Positions 50,791-60,392 are shown, counted from the first letter of the stretch. The stretch is 64,000 nucleotides of DNA from Bacteroidota bacterium (GCA_049523215.1 JBEKNC010000002.1:127963-191962); one strand, 5' to 3'. Made by a program: numbers and translations. Notes: generated by a model not told the origin, from the letters alone.

Positions 50791-51582
50791 ATGTCTCTTG
50801 GAACAACTCAATTTATGCAGATCGTAGTATCGAGTTTGTTCGTCCTAGTCATTTTCCTTTCTCATCCCTCAAAAGACGATCATCTGATGAAGGGGGATAC
50901 GTTTTATCAATCCTGCGATAATGAACAGGCTTTAAAAGAATATCAACTTGCATATAACGATTTTCCATCCGATTACAATACTTTGCTGCGGATAGTCCGC
51001 ATCCATAACGATATAGGAAGAATCCAATTGCGAACAGGATCTGAATCAGAGAAGCACTATCGCTTAGCGGCTATTTACGCTGATTCACTCCAACGGTATT
51101 ATCCGGACAGCGCGGCTGCGCACTTTTGGTTTGCTTTGGCAAAGGGGAGTCTCATTCCGTTTGTCGGTGTACGTGAGAAAATTGCCATCGGGAAAGAAGT
51201 GAAACAACACCTTCAAGCAGCGCTTCAGCGGGATTCTATATTCTCGTATGCATATGTTCTCAAAGCGATCTTTGAACGCGAAGGAAGCCAGCTCAGCTGG
51301 TTCGAGAAAGGGATTGTTCGGATTGTATTTGGCGAAGACCTTTCAGGTTCTCTTCATGCATCAGAACAGTATTTGCAAAAGGCATTGCGCTACGATACGA
51401 CGAATTCGTTTGCCTATTATGAACTGTACTGGACAGAGAAGGCAATGGAAGATACAGCCGGGGATCGTTCTGCATTGCAGCACATCTTGAAAATGCCTCC
51501 AAGAAATTTGCGGGAACAAAATCAGCAGGAAGATGCCCAGCAGCAAATGCGGGTATTCATTAATAATAATCACACGGATTGA
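50791..51582 (+). CDS. hypothetical helical-repeat protein
   Basis: 263 aa with an N-terminal hydrophobic segment. Preceded by the 23-bp shared motif at 50701. Confidence 0.5.
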   Translation: MSLGTTQFMQIVVSSLFVLVIFLSHPSKDDHLMKGDTFYQSCDNEQALKEYQLAYNDFPSDYNTLLRIVRIHNDIGRIQLRTGSESEKHYRLAAIYADSLQRYYPDSAAAHFWFALAKGSLIPFVGVREKIAIGKEVKQHLQAALQRDSIFSYAYVLKAIFEREGSQLSWFEKGIVRIVFGEDLSGSLHASEQYLQKALRYDTTNSFAYYELYWTEKAMEDTAGDRSALQHILKMPPRNLREQNQQEDAQQQMRVFINNNHTD

Positions 51583-51640
51583 AACATCGAGATAATAGGA
51601 TGAAAAATAGTTCACTTCGGGAGCCTGCTCACAAATTCAT

Positions 51641-51988
51641 TTATTCGTCGACCTCTTCAAGTTCACTTGTTTGCTGCTGGATTATAATTTTTCTTGCCAT
51701 CTGACATAAATGTTGAAGAGACGTCATTGTTCGTTCGAAAGGGAAATTGCGGGCATGAAGCGACTGTTGCGGATTTCTGCACATATGCATAATACAGGAG
51801 AGACGTCGTTTTAATGCTTGCGCAAAATAATTCTTCGAATCATATCTCAATACGGAAGCAACTTCTTGCTGGGCTTTTTCAAGTTCATGGTTCTGAAGCC
51901 GTTCTTCAATTCTTTGGAAGATCGGAATGAGGGGTGATGTTGTCTGCATACGTTCTCCGATCGATAAATGATCGTATGTTGAATGCAC
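51641..51988 (-). CDS. hypothetical protein
   Basis: 115-aa ORF with no recognisable family. Confidence 0.35.
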   Translation of the reverse strand: MHSTYDHLSIGERMQTTSPLIPIFQRIEERLQNHELEKAQQEVASVLRYDSKNYFAQALKRRLSCIMHMCRNPQQSLHARNFPFERTMTSLQHLCQMARKIIIQQQTSELEEVDE

Positions 51989-52080
51989 AAAACATATTTA
52001 TTGCTCCGGAGAAGTGCAAGAATGAATTGATTATCCTCTTGTTATAGTATTGTAAACACAAAAAGGTTATGTAGAGTACA

Positions 52081-52770
52081 ATGCAGAAATGTATTCTTCT
52101 CATAGACAATGCAAAGGAACATCTTGACTTTCTCTCTTCACATTTGGCGGATGAGGGGTATCGAGTCATCACAGCGGGAAATGGCGCTTCTGCATTAGAA
52201 CTCGTAAAACAAATACCAGACCTCATTATTCTAGATATTGTGCTTCCGGATATGAACGGATTGGATATCATCAGAGAATTGAAACGCACAACAACGACGT
52301 CGGCAATTCCGATTTTTGTTCTGACATCGAAAGAAACCGAAGCCGATGAAATCATTTGTCTGGAAGTCGGGTCTGATGATTTTTTTGTTAAGCCGGTTCA
52401 AATCCAAAGGCTCCTGGCACGCATACGGGCAATATTTCGACAACGGGATAAGATAGAATCAATTTTTACGGATGAAGAAGTGGTTTCATTCGAAGGCCTT
52501 GAAATTCGCATTCCTGATTACACAATATCGTATGGAGAGACCACGCTCCCCTTCCCTCGAAAGGAATTTGAGATCCTCATCCATCTTTTCCGGCATCGCG
52601 GAAAAGTCGTAACCCGCGAAGCAATTTCTCGTGCGGTCTGGGGATCAAGCATTCAAGTGACAAACCGCACGATAGATGTTCATATTGGAAGAATTCGTAA
52701 GAAATTGGGCCGCTACGCGCACCTCATCGGAACTATTCATGGTATCGGTTATCGATGTCATCTTCCATAA
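52081..52770 (+). CDS. OmpR-family response regulator, orphan, with an atypical acidic pocket (DN instead of DD)
   Basis: Receiver domain with LLIDN… and the phospho-acceptor Asp (LIILDIVLPD). A winged-helix output domain. No kinase gene is adjacent. Confidence 0.8.
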   Translation: MQKCILLIDNAKEHLDFLSSHLADEGYRVITAGNGASALELVKQIPDLIILDIVLPDMNGLDIIRELKRTTTTSAIPIFVLTSKETEADEIICLEVGSDDFFVKPVQIQRLLARIRAIFRQRDKIESIFTDEEVVSFEGLEIRIPDYTISYGETTLPFPRKEFEILIHLFRHRGKVVTREAISRAVWGSSIQVTNRTIDVHIGRIRKKLGRYAHLIGTIHGIGYRCHLP

Positions 52771-52959
52771 CAACGGGACTGTAAAAAGATCCTCATCCGT
52801 TATAATATTATTTCATTTCGTTTATTCAGTTTATAATACCTTAACCCTTCCATGATACTCCAGTAAGAACTTTATAGCATATTGATTCCTCTCCACAATC
52901 TTTCTCTCTTTTTCCTTTTTTATATTGTCATGCCAGCAGGTGAAATGATCTTTGCTTTT

Positions 52960-52987
52960 GTAGGGACGTATAGCTATACGTCCCTAC
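52960..52987. terminator. 28-bp perfect palindrome forming a bidirectional terminator-like hairpin between convergent genes
   Basis: GTAGGGACGTAT AGCT ATACGTCCCTAC: 12-bp stem with a 4-nt loop, between the 3' ends of the regulator gene (plus strand) and the oxidoreductase gene (minus strand). Confidence 0.6.
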
Positions 52988-52993
52988 AATAAT

Positions 52994-53956
52994 TCAATCC
53001 CAGCCACTTACAACATCGACAGCGATGCGGCCGTGCACAGCGCCTGACTGAAGGCGTTTGAGACCGGCGGCGACGTCCTTAATTTTCACGGTTTGAAAAA
53101 CCGGGACTTTAAGTCCATGCCTGAGCCAGCTCCCGAGCAGATCGAGGTCCTGCGCGCGTGGTTTGACGATGACGAAGTGCGCGCGAGTAGGTGTTACAAT
53201 ACTGGCAAGCTTATCCCGGAAGAATGCGGGAGTAGGCAGAGTGGTCACATAAGCGCCGCCCCTCTCGATGAGGTGCCGGCTTGCTTGCCATGAAGATGCG
53301 GCGGCAGTGTCGAAGACCAAGTTGAAGGGTCCGCTTGCGGTTTGGAGAGGAGAGACCTTCAGGCGATCGATAACCTCTTCGGCTCCGAGCTCCTTGACGA
53401 AATCCACAGCGTGTGTGGCACAGATTGCGGTCACACGGGCTCCCAGCTTGAGCGCAACCCCGACGGCAACTGAACCTACACCGCCCGAAGCGCCGATGAC
53501 GAGTACGCGTCCACTCGAAGTTAGCTTGCCGATGTCGCGCAGAGATTGAAGAGCGGTGAGACCGGCGGTGGCGCTTGCGGCAGCAATCGTATGCGCTATC
53601 CCTTCGGGTTTTTTGGCGAGCGCAGTCGCATTTGCGAGTGTGAATTCAGCGAAAGCACCGAGCCGGGTTGCACGGCCGTACGGGAGATGTCCGAAAACCT
53701 CATCGCCCCGCTCAAGACCGGAAACATTTCTCCCCAGCGCATCGATGACGCCCGAGAAATCGAAGCCCACGACCATGGGGAAGACGCGGGCGTGGAGGAT
53801 TTTCGTCTCGCCTGTAACAGATTTGAAGTCGGCAGGATTGAGCGCCGATGCGTGGACACGTATACGAACCTGACCGGGACCCGGTTCGGGCAGCGGCAGA
53901 TCTACGATCCTCAGTGATTCGAGAGGGCCGTAAGAAGGAGAAACGAGTGCGCGCAT
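52994..53956 (-). CDS. zinc-type alcohol dehydrogenase / NADPH:quinone oxidoreductase (MDR superfamily)
   Basis: Rossmann GxGxxG (VIGASGGVGSVAV) and GroES-like N-terminal domain. Confidence 0.85.
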   Translation of the reverse strand: MRALVSPSYGPLESLRIVDLPLPEPGPGQVRIRVHASALNPADFKSVTGETKILHARVFPMVVGFDFSGVIDALGRNVSGLERGDEVFGHLPYGRATRLGAFAEFTLANATALAKKPEGIAHTIAAASATAGLTALQSLRDIGKLTSSGRVLVIGASGGVGSVAVGVALKLGARVTAICATHAVDFVKELGAEEVIDRLKVSPLQTASGPFNLVFDTAAASSWQASRHLIERGGAYVTTLPTPAFFRDKLASIVTPTRAHFVIVKPRAQDLDLLGSWLRHGLKVPVFQTVKIKDVAAGLKRLQSGAVHGRIAVDVVSGWD

Positions 53957-54126
53957 AATTGACCAATCCTTTCATTCATGATGATTTGTATGGTTTGTAA
54001 TATGGACATTTTTCTCATAGAGAATCAATTACTATGGAAACATATCTTTCTTACCACTTGTTCCTTCGGGAAAATCGCGGAACGCGATCTGGACATATTT
54101 GTGGTGGTAAGCGGACAAGTGGGCAA

Positions 54127-54327
54127 TTAATCATTCTCCTTCCGCAGTGTCGCCTTCCATCCGTCTTCCGGATCGAGCCTAACATCGACCTGCCACGGTC
54201 GACAACATACCGGGCAGTCCTGCACGAAGGACTGGCGACTTCCCCCGCTCTCATCGACGTCCAGCTCTACGTCCTCGCCGCAGTAGGGACAGTTTAGTGG
54301 AACGGGTTCAATCATCTGATTCTCCAC
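54127..54327 (-). CDS. CPXCG-motif cysteine-rich zinc-ribbon protein
   Basis: 66 aa with CPYCG…and…CPVCC, two CxxC pairs. Confidence 0.65.
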   Translation of the reverse strand: MENQMIEPVPLNCPYCGEDVELDVDESGGSRQSFVQDCPVCCRPWQVDVRLDPEDGWKATLRKEND

Positions 54328-54338
54328 GGCGGGTTAGC

Positions 54339-54472
54339 ACCTAACGATGGCCACTCCGCCAAACAACCGGCGGACAAGCCGAGCTTGTCTGCCCCGCTGT
54401 ATTTTTGTCCGTTTCGATATTCATATCGAAACGCGATCTCGACGAAGTCGGACGGGGAGCGCCTGGTTAGGC
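54339..54472 (-). repeat. attC-like site E1 (distal end of array II)
   Basis: ACCTAAC…CAAGCCGAGCTTGTC…hairpin GTTTCGATAT/ATATCGAAAC…GGAGCGCC TG GTTAGGC. Confidence 0.65.
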
Positions 54473-54503
54473 AGCGACATAATCGAATATCATGTAAATT
54501 GAT

Positions 54504-55058
54504 TTAACAAATTTTAATCGTTTCGCTGCATCTTTCTCCACCGAGTATGATTGTTTCATCTATTATAACCTTGACTTTTTCCTTAAATAAGGTTCCAAAG
54601 AATTCTTGCATAAAACTTTTACAACAATAGTTGCATAATGATTTTTGGGGCTGTTGCCCCTGTGCATAAGCACAATCACATGGCAATTTTCGCCCAATCA
54701 CTTTTAGTACCGACTTTTCAGAATCATACTGAATTTTTTCCCAACGGCTGGAATTTCCATTGTTTACAAATTCTATTAAACCGGTCAGGGTCATACTTTT
54801 AATCCATTTCACAGCATTTGTGCAATAGAAACATTCGTAACCGAGTTTGCCGAATACTTTTTGTTTTATTGACTCATCCATGTCACCGTCGACAAAACTT
54901 AAAAGTTTTGTAATTTGCTCACGGTGTGCATCTCTGACAGATTTGTTGTTGTTTGTTTTGCTTACCTGGGCGTGGAGTTGTTTATCCGGAAGCGACAAGG
55001 ATAAAAGGGAAAGCACACCACAGGCTGAGCATTTTTGAATAAATTCTTTTCTTTCCAT
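54504..55058 (-). CDS. hypothetical Cys-rich secreted protein (cassette 1)
   Basis: I placed the start at MERKEF… so that it clears the attC. Signal-like segment. Many Cys (CDCAY…CNYCC). Confidence 0.5.
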   Translation of the reverse strand: MERKEFIQKCSACGVLSLLSLSLPDKQLHAQVSKTNNNKSVRDAHREQITKLLSFVDGDMDESIKQKVFGKLGYECFYCTNAVKWIKSMTLTGLIEFVNNGNSSRWEKIQYDSEKSVLKVIGRKLPCDCAYAQGQQPQKSLCNYCCKSFMQEFFGTLFKEKVKVIIDETIILGGERCSETIKIC

Positions 55059-55091
55059 AGAATTTCTCTTTAATTGTTTATAATTGTTGCC

Positions 55092-55247
55092 GCCTAACGG
55101 ACTGGCGCTAAGCTGCGGCGTGACCAACTTTCAATTTGCACTAAACGAAATGAGTTCACATTGATAGCTTTCAAAATGTACTAAACCGTTGTGAGCCATG
55201 TTTAACGTACCCAGCTGGCAACCGTCAGCTTGAGCGCCTGGTTATTA
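55092..55247 (-). repeat. attC-like site E2 (right core degenerate GTTATTA)
   Basis: GCCTAAC GGACTG GCGCTAAGCTGCGGCGTGACCAACTTTCAATTTGCACTAAACGAAATGAGTTCA…CAGCTTGAGCGCC TG GTTATTA. Confidence 0.7.
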
Positions 55248-55322
55248 CCAAAAAGGAACCTCCCGATTATGTACATTAATGAGTCTCTAGTTCAACAATA
55301 TTCACAATCTAAGGAGGTTCCC

Positions 55323-55430
55323 ATGTATTACTCAGGTATCGATTTGCACTCTGATAATTGCTATATCACCACTGTTGACGATACTGGCGCTGTCATCTCT
55401 TGTATAACAGAGACGGAGTTATTATTTTGA
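55323..55430 (+). pseudogene. IS110-family transposase N-terminal remnant (35 codons)
   Basis: Strong RBS (TAAGGAGG). MYYSGIDLHSDNCYITTVDDTGAV resembles the IS110 DEDD-transposase N-terminus (…GIDLHK…V..D..G.V). A stop follows after 35 aa. Confidence 0.35.
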
Positions 55431-55565
55431 GCCCATACACCGATCATACAGAGACTTCCAAGAATGCCAAAGAAAAGAAATATGTATTTCATTTTTATGC
55501 TTAAAGAATGAACAGAAATGATTTTATAAAATATCTTTTTGAAATAACACAACGACACTACTATC

Positions 55566-57320
55566 TCAGTTTGTCGCTCCTTGAATCAATGCATCCAACG
55601 CTTGCTGATCCAATACAGTGTTATTATTTCTATTTAAAAGGCTACCAGTGTCCCAGTAGTACGGTAAAAGTCCATTGGCTTTTGCCTGCTTTGTTACATA
55701 TTTAAAGTAATATGCCCTTGATGCTAAATGCAAGGTTAATGCATCGCCAGTTAAAGAGGAACGGCGTATTGCAGAAAACTCGCCCAATACGACAGGAATA
55801 CCTTTGTCAACAAATTTGGTTTTCATTGATTGGAAATAGCTATCGACACTTGATTCTTCGCCCCAGGTGGCATTACGTGTTGGATCTGTTGTGGAATGAT
55901 AATCTTTACCCCAGTAATAGAACATTTTGCCCCAGCTGGCATCTGCATCCAGCCCGCAAAAATTCCATGGTGTGTAATAATGTATTTCAACCATCATGCG
56001 GTTCGAAATTTTATCGGTGGGCAGAGTCTGCATCAATTGGTTAGTCTTATCAATATCAGTTGATGGGCCTTGAACGACTAGGACCCGGTAACTATTTTTT
56101 CCACCCGTCGACCGAACCGCATTGATAAATGTCTGGTGGTACGACATTAATACCGCCATTTGTGTTGCATCTGATACATTCGGTTCATTAGCACCTGCAA
56201 ACAGTAAATGCTCATCGAAACCGCGCATTTGAGTGGCTATTTGTTCCCAGAATGCTCGCTGCTTCGCATTGTTCTCTGCCTGTTTAGCTACTGTGCAATT
56301 GTTTTCCAGCCATCCTCCATCCCAGTGAATATTAAGAAGAACATACAAGTCATTATCAACACAATATTGTATTACGTCCTTGACCCTATCGAGCCAATCT
56401 GTTTTTAATTGTGCAGTTGAACTATTTGCCATGTATTGGTTCCAGGAACAAGGTAGACGAACGGCAGTGAAGCCGCTTTGTTTCACAAATCCAATAAAGG
56501 ATTTTGTGATGCGTGGATTGCCCCAAGCCGTTTCTCCTCCAATAGCTTCCAAGGTGTTACCAATGTTCAAGCCTAGAGTAATTTTAGCAGCGAGTTCAAC
56601 AGCAGTGCTGCTCATCCCCGCTGCATCAGGAGCTATTGGTGCAGTATTATAGTTTGGATAGATATCCGCTGTCTGCGTTACGGAAATTTGTACCGGGGGA
56701 GTATATTGTGCACTCACCGTGATAATTGCTGACCGTAAATTACTGCCGGTATTTTCTGATGATGTTACAGTAATTGAAGTGTTGCCTTTAGCACCCGTAC
56801 TCTGACTATATTGCAGCCAGTCGACGGTAGAGCTAATATTCCATTGTGGTGCATCGGTGCTGATACTTATGGTAGAAGCACTGCTTGCTTTTGTAAGGTT
56901 GATGTATGTGGTGTCTGTTGAAAGAGAATAGAGATAATCAGATGAAGGCTGCGATACAACCACTTGCACCGCTTTGGCATTACCGGCAGTGATTGTGAGT
57001 ATGATGCTGCGTGGTACAATGGTTTTGGAATTTACACTCAATGTCACTGTGTCCGTTTTTTCCGTTCCGCCTGTACTTGATAAAACCAACCAATCAGAAG
57101 CAGGTTTGCTGATGTTCCATGAACCGGCGCCAGTATTAATTATGATGGTGTCGCTGCCACCTTCTTTTTGAAAATTTATTGTATCGGGACTAACAGTCAG
57201 GATATTTACTTCTTCCTTATCGGGACTAACAGTCAGGGGTTCTTCTTTCTTGCATCCGATCAAATAAATTAAGCTAAGAACAAAAATACTAAAACTTATA
57301 TATTTATTAAATCTTTTCAT
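55566..57320 (-). CDS. lipoprotein glycoside hydrolase family 5 (endoglucanase-like) with N-terminal BACON-like domains (cassette 2)
   Basis: Lipobox …LIGCKK. Two roughly 80-aa BACON-like repeats (WNIS…DWL…). GH5 catalytic domain with acid/base in GANEPN and nucleophile in VLGEFS. Confidence 0.8.
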   Translation of the reverse strand: MKRFNKYISFSIFVLSLIYLIGCKKEEPLTVSPDKEEVNILTVSPDTINFQKEGGSDTIIINTGAGSWNISKPASDWLVLSSTGGTEKTDTVTLSVNSKTIVPRSIILTITAGNAKAVQVVVSQPSSDYLYSLSTDTTYINLTKASSASTISISTDAPQWNISSTVDWLQYSQSTGAKGNTSITVTSSENTGSNLRSAIITVSAQYTPPVQISVTQTADIYPNYNTAPIAPDAAGMSSTAVELAAKITLGLNIGNTLEAIGGETAWGNPRITKSFIGFVKQSGFTAVRLPCSWNQYMANSSTAQLKTDWLDRVKDVIQYCVDNDLYVLLNIHWDGGWLENNCTVAKQAENNAKQRAFWEQIATQMRGFDEHLLFAGANEPNVSDATQMAVLMSYHQTFINAVRSTGGKNSYRVLVVQGPSTDIDKTNQLMQTLPTDKISNRMMVEIHYYTPWNFCGLDADASWGKMFYYWGKDYHSTTDPTRNATWGEESSVDSYFQSMKTKFVDKGIPVVLGEFSAIRRSSLTGDALTLHLASRAYYFKYVTKQAKANGLLPYYWDTGSLLNRNNNTVLDQQALDALIQGATN

Positions 57321-57383
57321 TGTTTTCTCGTCCTTTGATATCAATATCTCATATTTTCCATCGAAACAAATTTCTATTTTAAA

Positions 57384-57592
57384 AGCGTAAGCGGCCTAAC
57401 GGATCGGCGCTAAGCTGCGGCGTGACCAACTTTCAATTTGTACAAAACGAAATGAGTTCATGCTAGTACTTTCAATTTTGTACTGACCTATGCACGCCAT
57501 GCTTAACGCACCCAACTGGCAACCGTCAGCTAGCTTGTTGAGCGCTTTCTGCGAAATCCCGCTGTTTTCTAGCGGGAAGCGCCTGGTTAGGC
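57384..57592 (-). repeat. attC-like site E3
   Basis: GCCTAAC GGATCG GCGCTAAGCTGCGGCGTGACCAACTTTCAATTTGTACAAAACGAAATGAGTTCATGCT…hairpin CCCGCTGTTTTCTAGCGGG…AGCGCC TG GTTAGGC. Confidence 0.75.
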
Positions 57593-57616
57593 CGCAAGTG
57601 GTGATAATAATAAATT

Positions 57617-58252
57617 TTATAGCGAGTACTGAACACCAACCATCAATCCACCAAACCCAACTTTCCCTGATGAGAGAAATAATTCGGATCGTAGACTGAC
57701 TGGTTCGACAACATCAATTGCAAAACCAATACCGAAAGCAATATAGAAACCCTTATCAGTACGCGATGATTTGTATCTGATTATTGTATTACCATGGTCA
57801 ATCGATCGATATTCTTCACTTGGAAAATATTGATACCAATATCCCGGACGCAAAAGTAGATACGGACGAATAGGAAAGGATAGTGGAGCTATGATTCGCA
57901 ATCCACCCGAAAGATCAAATCGATGTGAAGCCCCCGACGGAATTCTCGGATATACTAAATAATCCGGTGGAAATCCTTCATTATATTCATGAACAAAAAT
58001 CAAATGATCATAACGGAACAAGCCGATTAATTCTAAACTAGGAGTATTTGTTGTAGTTAAACCCAAGCCTACTGTCCAATTAGGTACATAAGCAGCAAAA
58101 TCACTTCTTGGTGGCCCAATATAAACAATCAGTCCTGTTTGTAATTCAAGATTTGTTGACCTTTGACCATAGGAAACAAATGGAGTACAAATTACGATGG
58201 AGACAATAGCCAATAGTAATAAATATGATTTCATAAGTTTAGTATTCTTCAA
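57617..58252 (-). CDS. outer-membrane beta-barrel (porin-family-like) protein (cassette 3)
   Basis: Signal peptide. Alternating beta-strand pattern. Gly/aromatic-rich, 211 aa. Confidence 0.5.
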   Translation of the reverse strand: MKNTKLMKSYLLLLAIVSIVICTPFVSYGQRSTNLELQTGLIVYIGPPRSDFAAYVPNWTVGLGLTTTNTPSLELIGLFRYDHLIFVHEYNEGFPPDYLVYPRIPSGASHRFDLSGGLRIIAPLSFPIRPYLLLRPGYWYQYFPSEEYRSIDHGNTIIRYKSSRTDKGFYIAFGIGFAIDVVEPVSLRSELFLSSGKVGFGGLMVGVQYSL

Positions 58253-58267
58253 TATACAAAAACACTA

Positions 58268-58435
58268 TTAACTTGCGGCCTAACGGACGGGCGCTAAGCT
58301 GCCACGTTGATAATTTTCGTAATGCAACAAACGAAATGAGTTCATGCTGTCAATTAAATTATTAAGCACAAATACTCTAAGCGCCATGTTAATTCGTAGT
58401 AAGCTCATCTGGTCAGCTTGAGCGCCTGGTTAGGT
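58268..58435 (-). repeat. attC-like site E4
   Basis: GCCTAAC GGACGG GCGCTAAGCTGCCACG…AACGAAATGAGTTCATGCT…GCTTGAGCGCC TG GTTAGGT. Confidence 0.75.
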
Positions 58436-58445
58436 GCCATTTGCT

Positions 58446-59507
58446 TTATTTAGTTTTCGCAAGAGTACCATGTGCAACACCTCTTGTTTTACCATCGATG
58501 ATAAGGAAAACATCACTTTGGAACACAGCGCAATCATAAAATGTATCAGCTTCGTAGAGTGATTGAATATCCGAACCGTTGTAATGTCCCAATATACACT
58601 TCTGATAATTCCCATGGTAAGCAACCCATGCAAATATATCTTTTTCATTTCTTCCGAATAGCGCACCAATAGTATAATCGGGATTAGAGTACCAAACACT
58701 AAAATCTGTTCCTGAATATTTCCAAATTGTATTTTTGACTCCTGCAGTAAAATATACCCTACCATCAACTTCGTAAGCAGTGCGCTGTTCACTTTTGCTT
58801 GAGAAGATTTCACGGACATTATTTGTTCCATCAAATTCATAAAGTTTTTCAATGAATCCAGTAATGGTCACGGGATTAGTTGTCGTGTCATAAAGAACTG
58901 TTTCACCAGAAAGATAATATTTTCCAGTTTCATTTGAGCTCTTTACAATCTTGAAAAAACTTGCTGTGATATTTGGAATGTCAAGAAAAGACCATTTCGT
59001 TCCATCATATTTAAGTATGACTGCCTTTCCCGAAGTATTTGGATTGCCTACACCTCCAACCGCAAAAACATTTTGAGGAGAGTCGCCCCAAATATCAGAA
59101 ATATAAGTAAGTGAATAACCTGACAAATGAAAATCACCAAACAAGCTCCAATTGGCTCCTTCATAGTGATAAATTGGTCCGCCAGGCGAAGTACCAATCC
59201 AGACATCACTACTTGAAAAACCAAATACAGAACTTAAATTCGCTCCAGCAAGTTGACCAGTTGTTGTCCAATTGGAACCATTGAAGTGCCAAATTCCTGT
59301 AGTTCCAACAGCCCAAACATCACTTGGTGAATTTCCCCAAATTCTATCTAAATGTTGGAATGGGTCTATATGAATTGTGTCGACTTTCCATGTATAATCT
59401 CTTCGTCCAGTTACTATTTGTTCTTGCGGAGCAACGATATCTTTTTTGCAACTTAAAATGATTACGGAACATAAAAGTAGTATCACTATTTTAAATTTCA
59501 TGTTCAT
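58446..59507 (-). CDS. beta-propeller lipoprotein (BNR/Ycf48-like repeats) (cassette 4)
   Basis: Lipobox (…IILSCKK). Repeated …W(A/I)VGT…G.I..(Y/F).G..W… blades. Confidence 0.55.
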   Translation of the reverse strand: MNMKFKIVILLLCSVIILSCKKDIVAPQEQIVTGRRDYTWKVDTIHIDPFQHLDRIWGNSPSDVWAVGTTGIWHFNGSNWTTTGQLAGANLSSVFGFSSSDVWIGTSPGGPIYHYEGANWSLFGDFHLSGYSLTYISDIWGDSPQNVFAVGGVGNPNTSGKAVILKYDGTKWSFLDIPNITASFFKIVKSSNETGKYYLSGETVLYDTTTNPVTITGFIEKLYEFDGTNNVREIFSSKSEQRTAYEVDGRVYFTAGVKNTIWKYSGTDFSVWYSNPDYTIGALFGRNEKDIFAWVAYHGNYQKCILGHYNGSDIQSLYEADTFYDCAVFQSDVFLIIDGKTRGVAHGTLAKTK

Positions 59508-59541
59508 CTTTGAGCACATACAATCTTCAATTTCAAATGGC

Positions 59542-59750
59542 ACCTAACGGATCGGCGCTAAGCTGCGGCGCTGATAATTTTCAAAATGCACAAAACGAAA
59601 CAAGTTCCATGTCAAAAGATTTATCATTTGCACGCGACCTCTGCTCGCCATGAATTTTGCAGCGCGCTCATTGAGATTAAGTATCACGCTTCGCGTGATT
59701 CAGTTATCTGGACAAGCCGAACTTGAGCGCCTGGTTAGGCAGCAACTTAC
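59542..59750 (-). repeat. attC-like site E5
   Basis: ACCTAAC GGATCG GCGCTAAGCTGCGGCG…AACGAAACAAGTTCCATG…hairpin ATCACGCTTCGCGTGAT…ACTTGAGCGCC TG GTTAGGC. Confidence 0.75.
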
Positions 59751-59765
59751 TGTATATATCGTCAA

Positions 59766-60392
59766 TCACTTCATCCCCGATTGTCTACGGCGAAGGATCA
59801 TTAGCACGATGGGCAATGACACAGCAATCAGTGACACGAAATTAATTCCAAATATCCGAGGTACGGTTTTCATGTCCAGAAAGATAAAACTAAGCAACAA
59901 GAGAATAAGAATTACAGAATAGGCAATGAATCTGCGATCAGGTTCTGTTTCAATTGGTGCCCACACGCTTAGGGCAGACCGTATTTGATCGTACCCCATA
60001 AGTTCCTTGGGCACAAGAATCCATTGAAATTTGTTATTTGATTCTATTCGTAATGCGCGATTGGAAATATCAACAATGCGGGACACATCGGAACGATGTA
60101 TGACAGTTTGAAACGTGCCAACTTTTTTGCTGCTGATACTGTCCTGTTCGAGAGTAACCTGGAGTGAAGCTTCAGCTCGCGCCATCGGCATAATCTTGAC
60201 GAAGCCTGCCACCGCAATGGCAATAGCGCAAGGAACAATGATGAATGGAAAGACGATAATTGGAAAGGGATCCTGAAGATAGCTTGTGACCATTAATACG
60301 GTTACTACGGATCCGATTAAGGCAAACACCTTGGTGGCAAAGCGGCGCTTTATTTGTTCTGACTGCTCTGTTGAGAATTGGAATGTCGGCAT
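59766..60392 (-). CDS. hypothetical membrane protein (cassette 5)
   Basis: I placed the start at MPTFQF… so that it clears the attC. Three or four TM helices. Confidence 0.5.
   Translation of the reverse strand: MPTFQFSTEQSEQIKRRFATKVFALIGSVVTVLMVTSYLQDPFPIIVFPFIIVPCAIAIAVAGFVKIMPMARAEASLQVTLEQDSISSKKVGTFQTVIHRSDVSRIVDISNRALRIESNNKFQWILVPKELMGYDQIRSALSVWAPIETEPDRRFIAYSVILILLLLSFIFLDMKTVPRIFGINFVSLIAVSLPIVLMILRRRQSGMK

Noticed and set aside
51906-52355. 149-aa minus-strand ORF overlapping the OmpR-like regulator gene
   Set aside because: It is on the opposite strand of a response regulator with clear receiver and winged-helix motifs.
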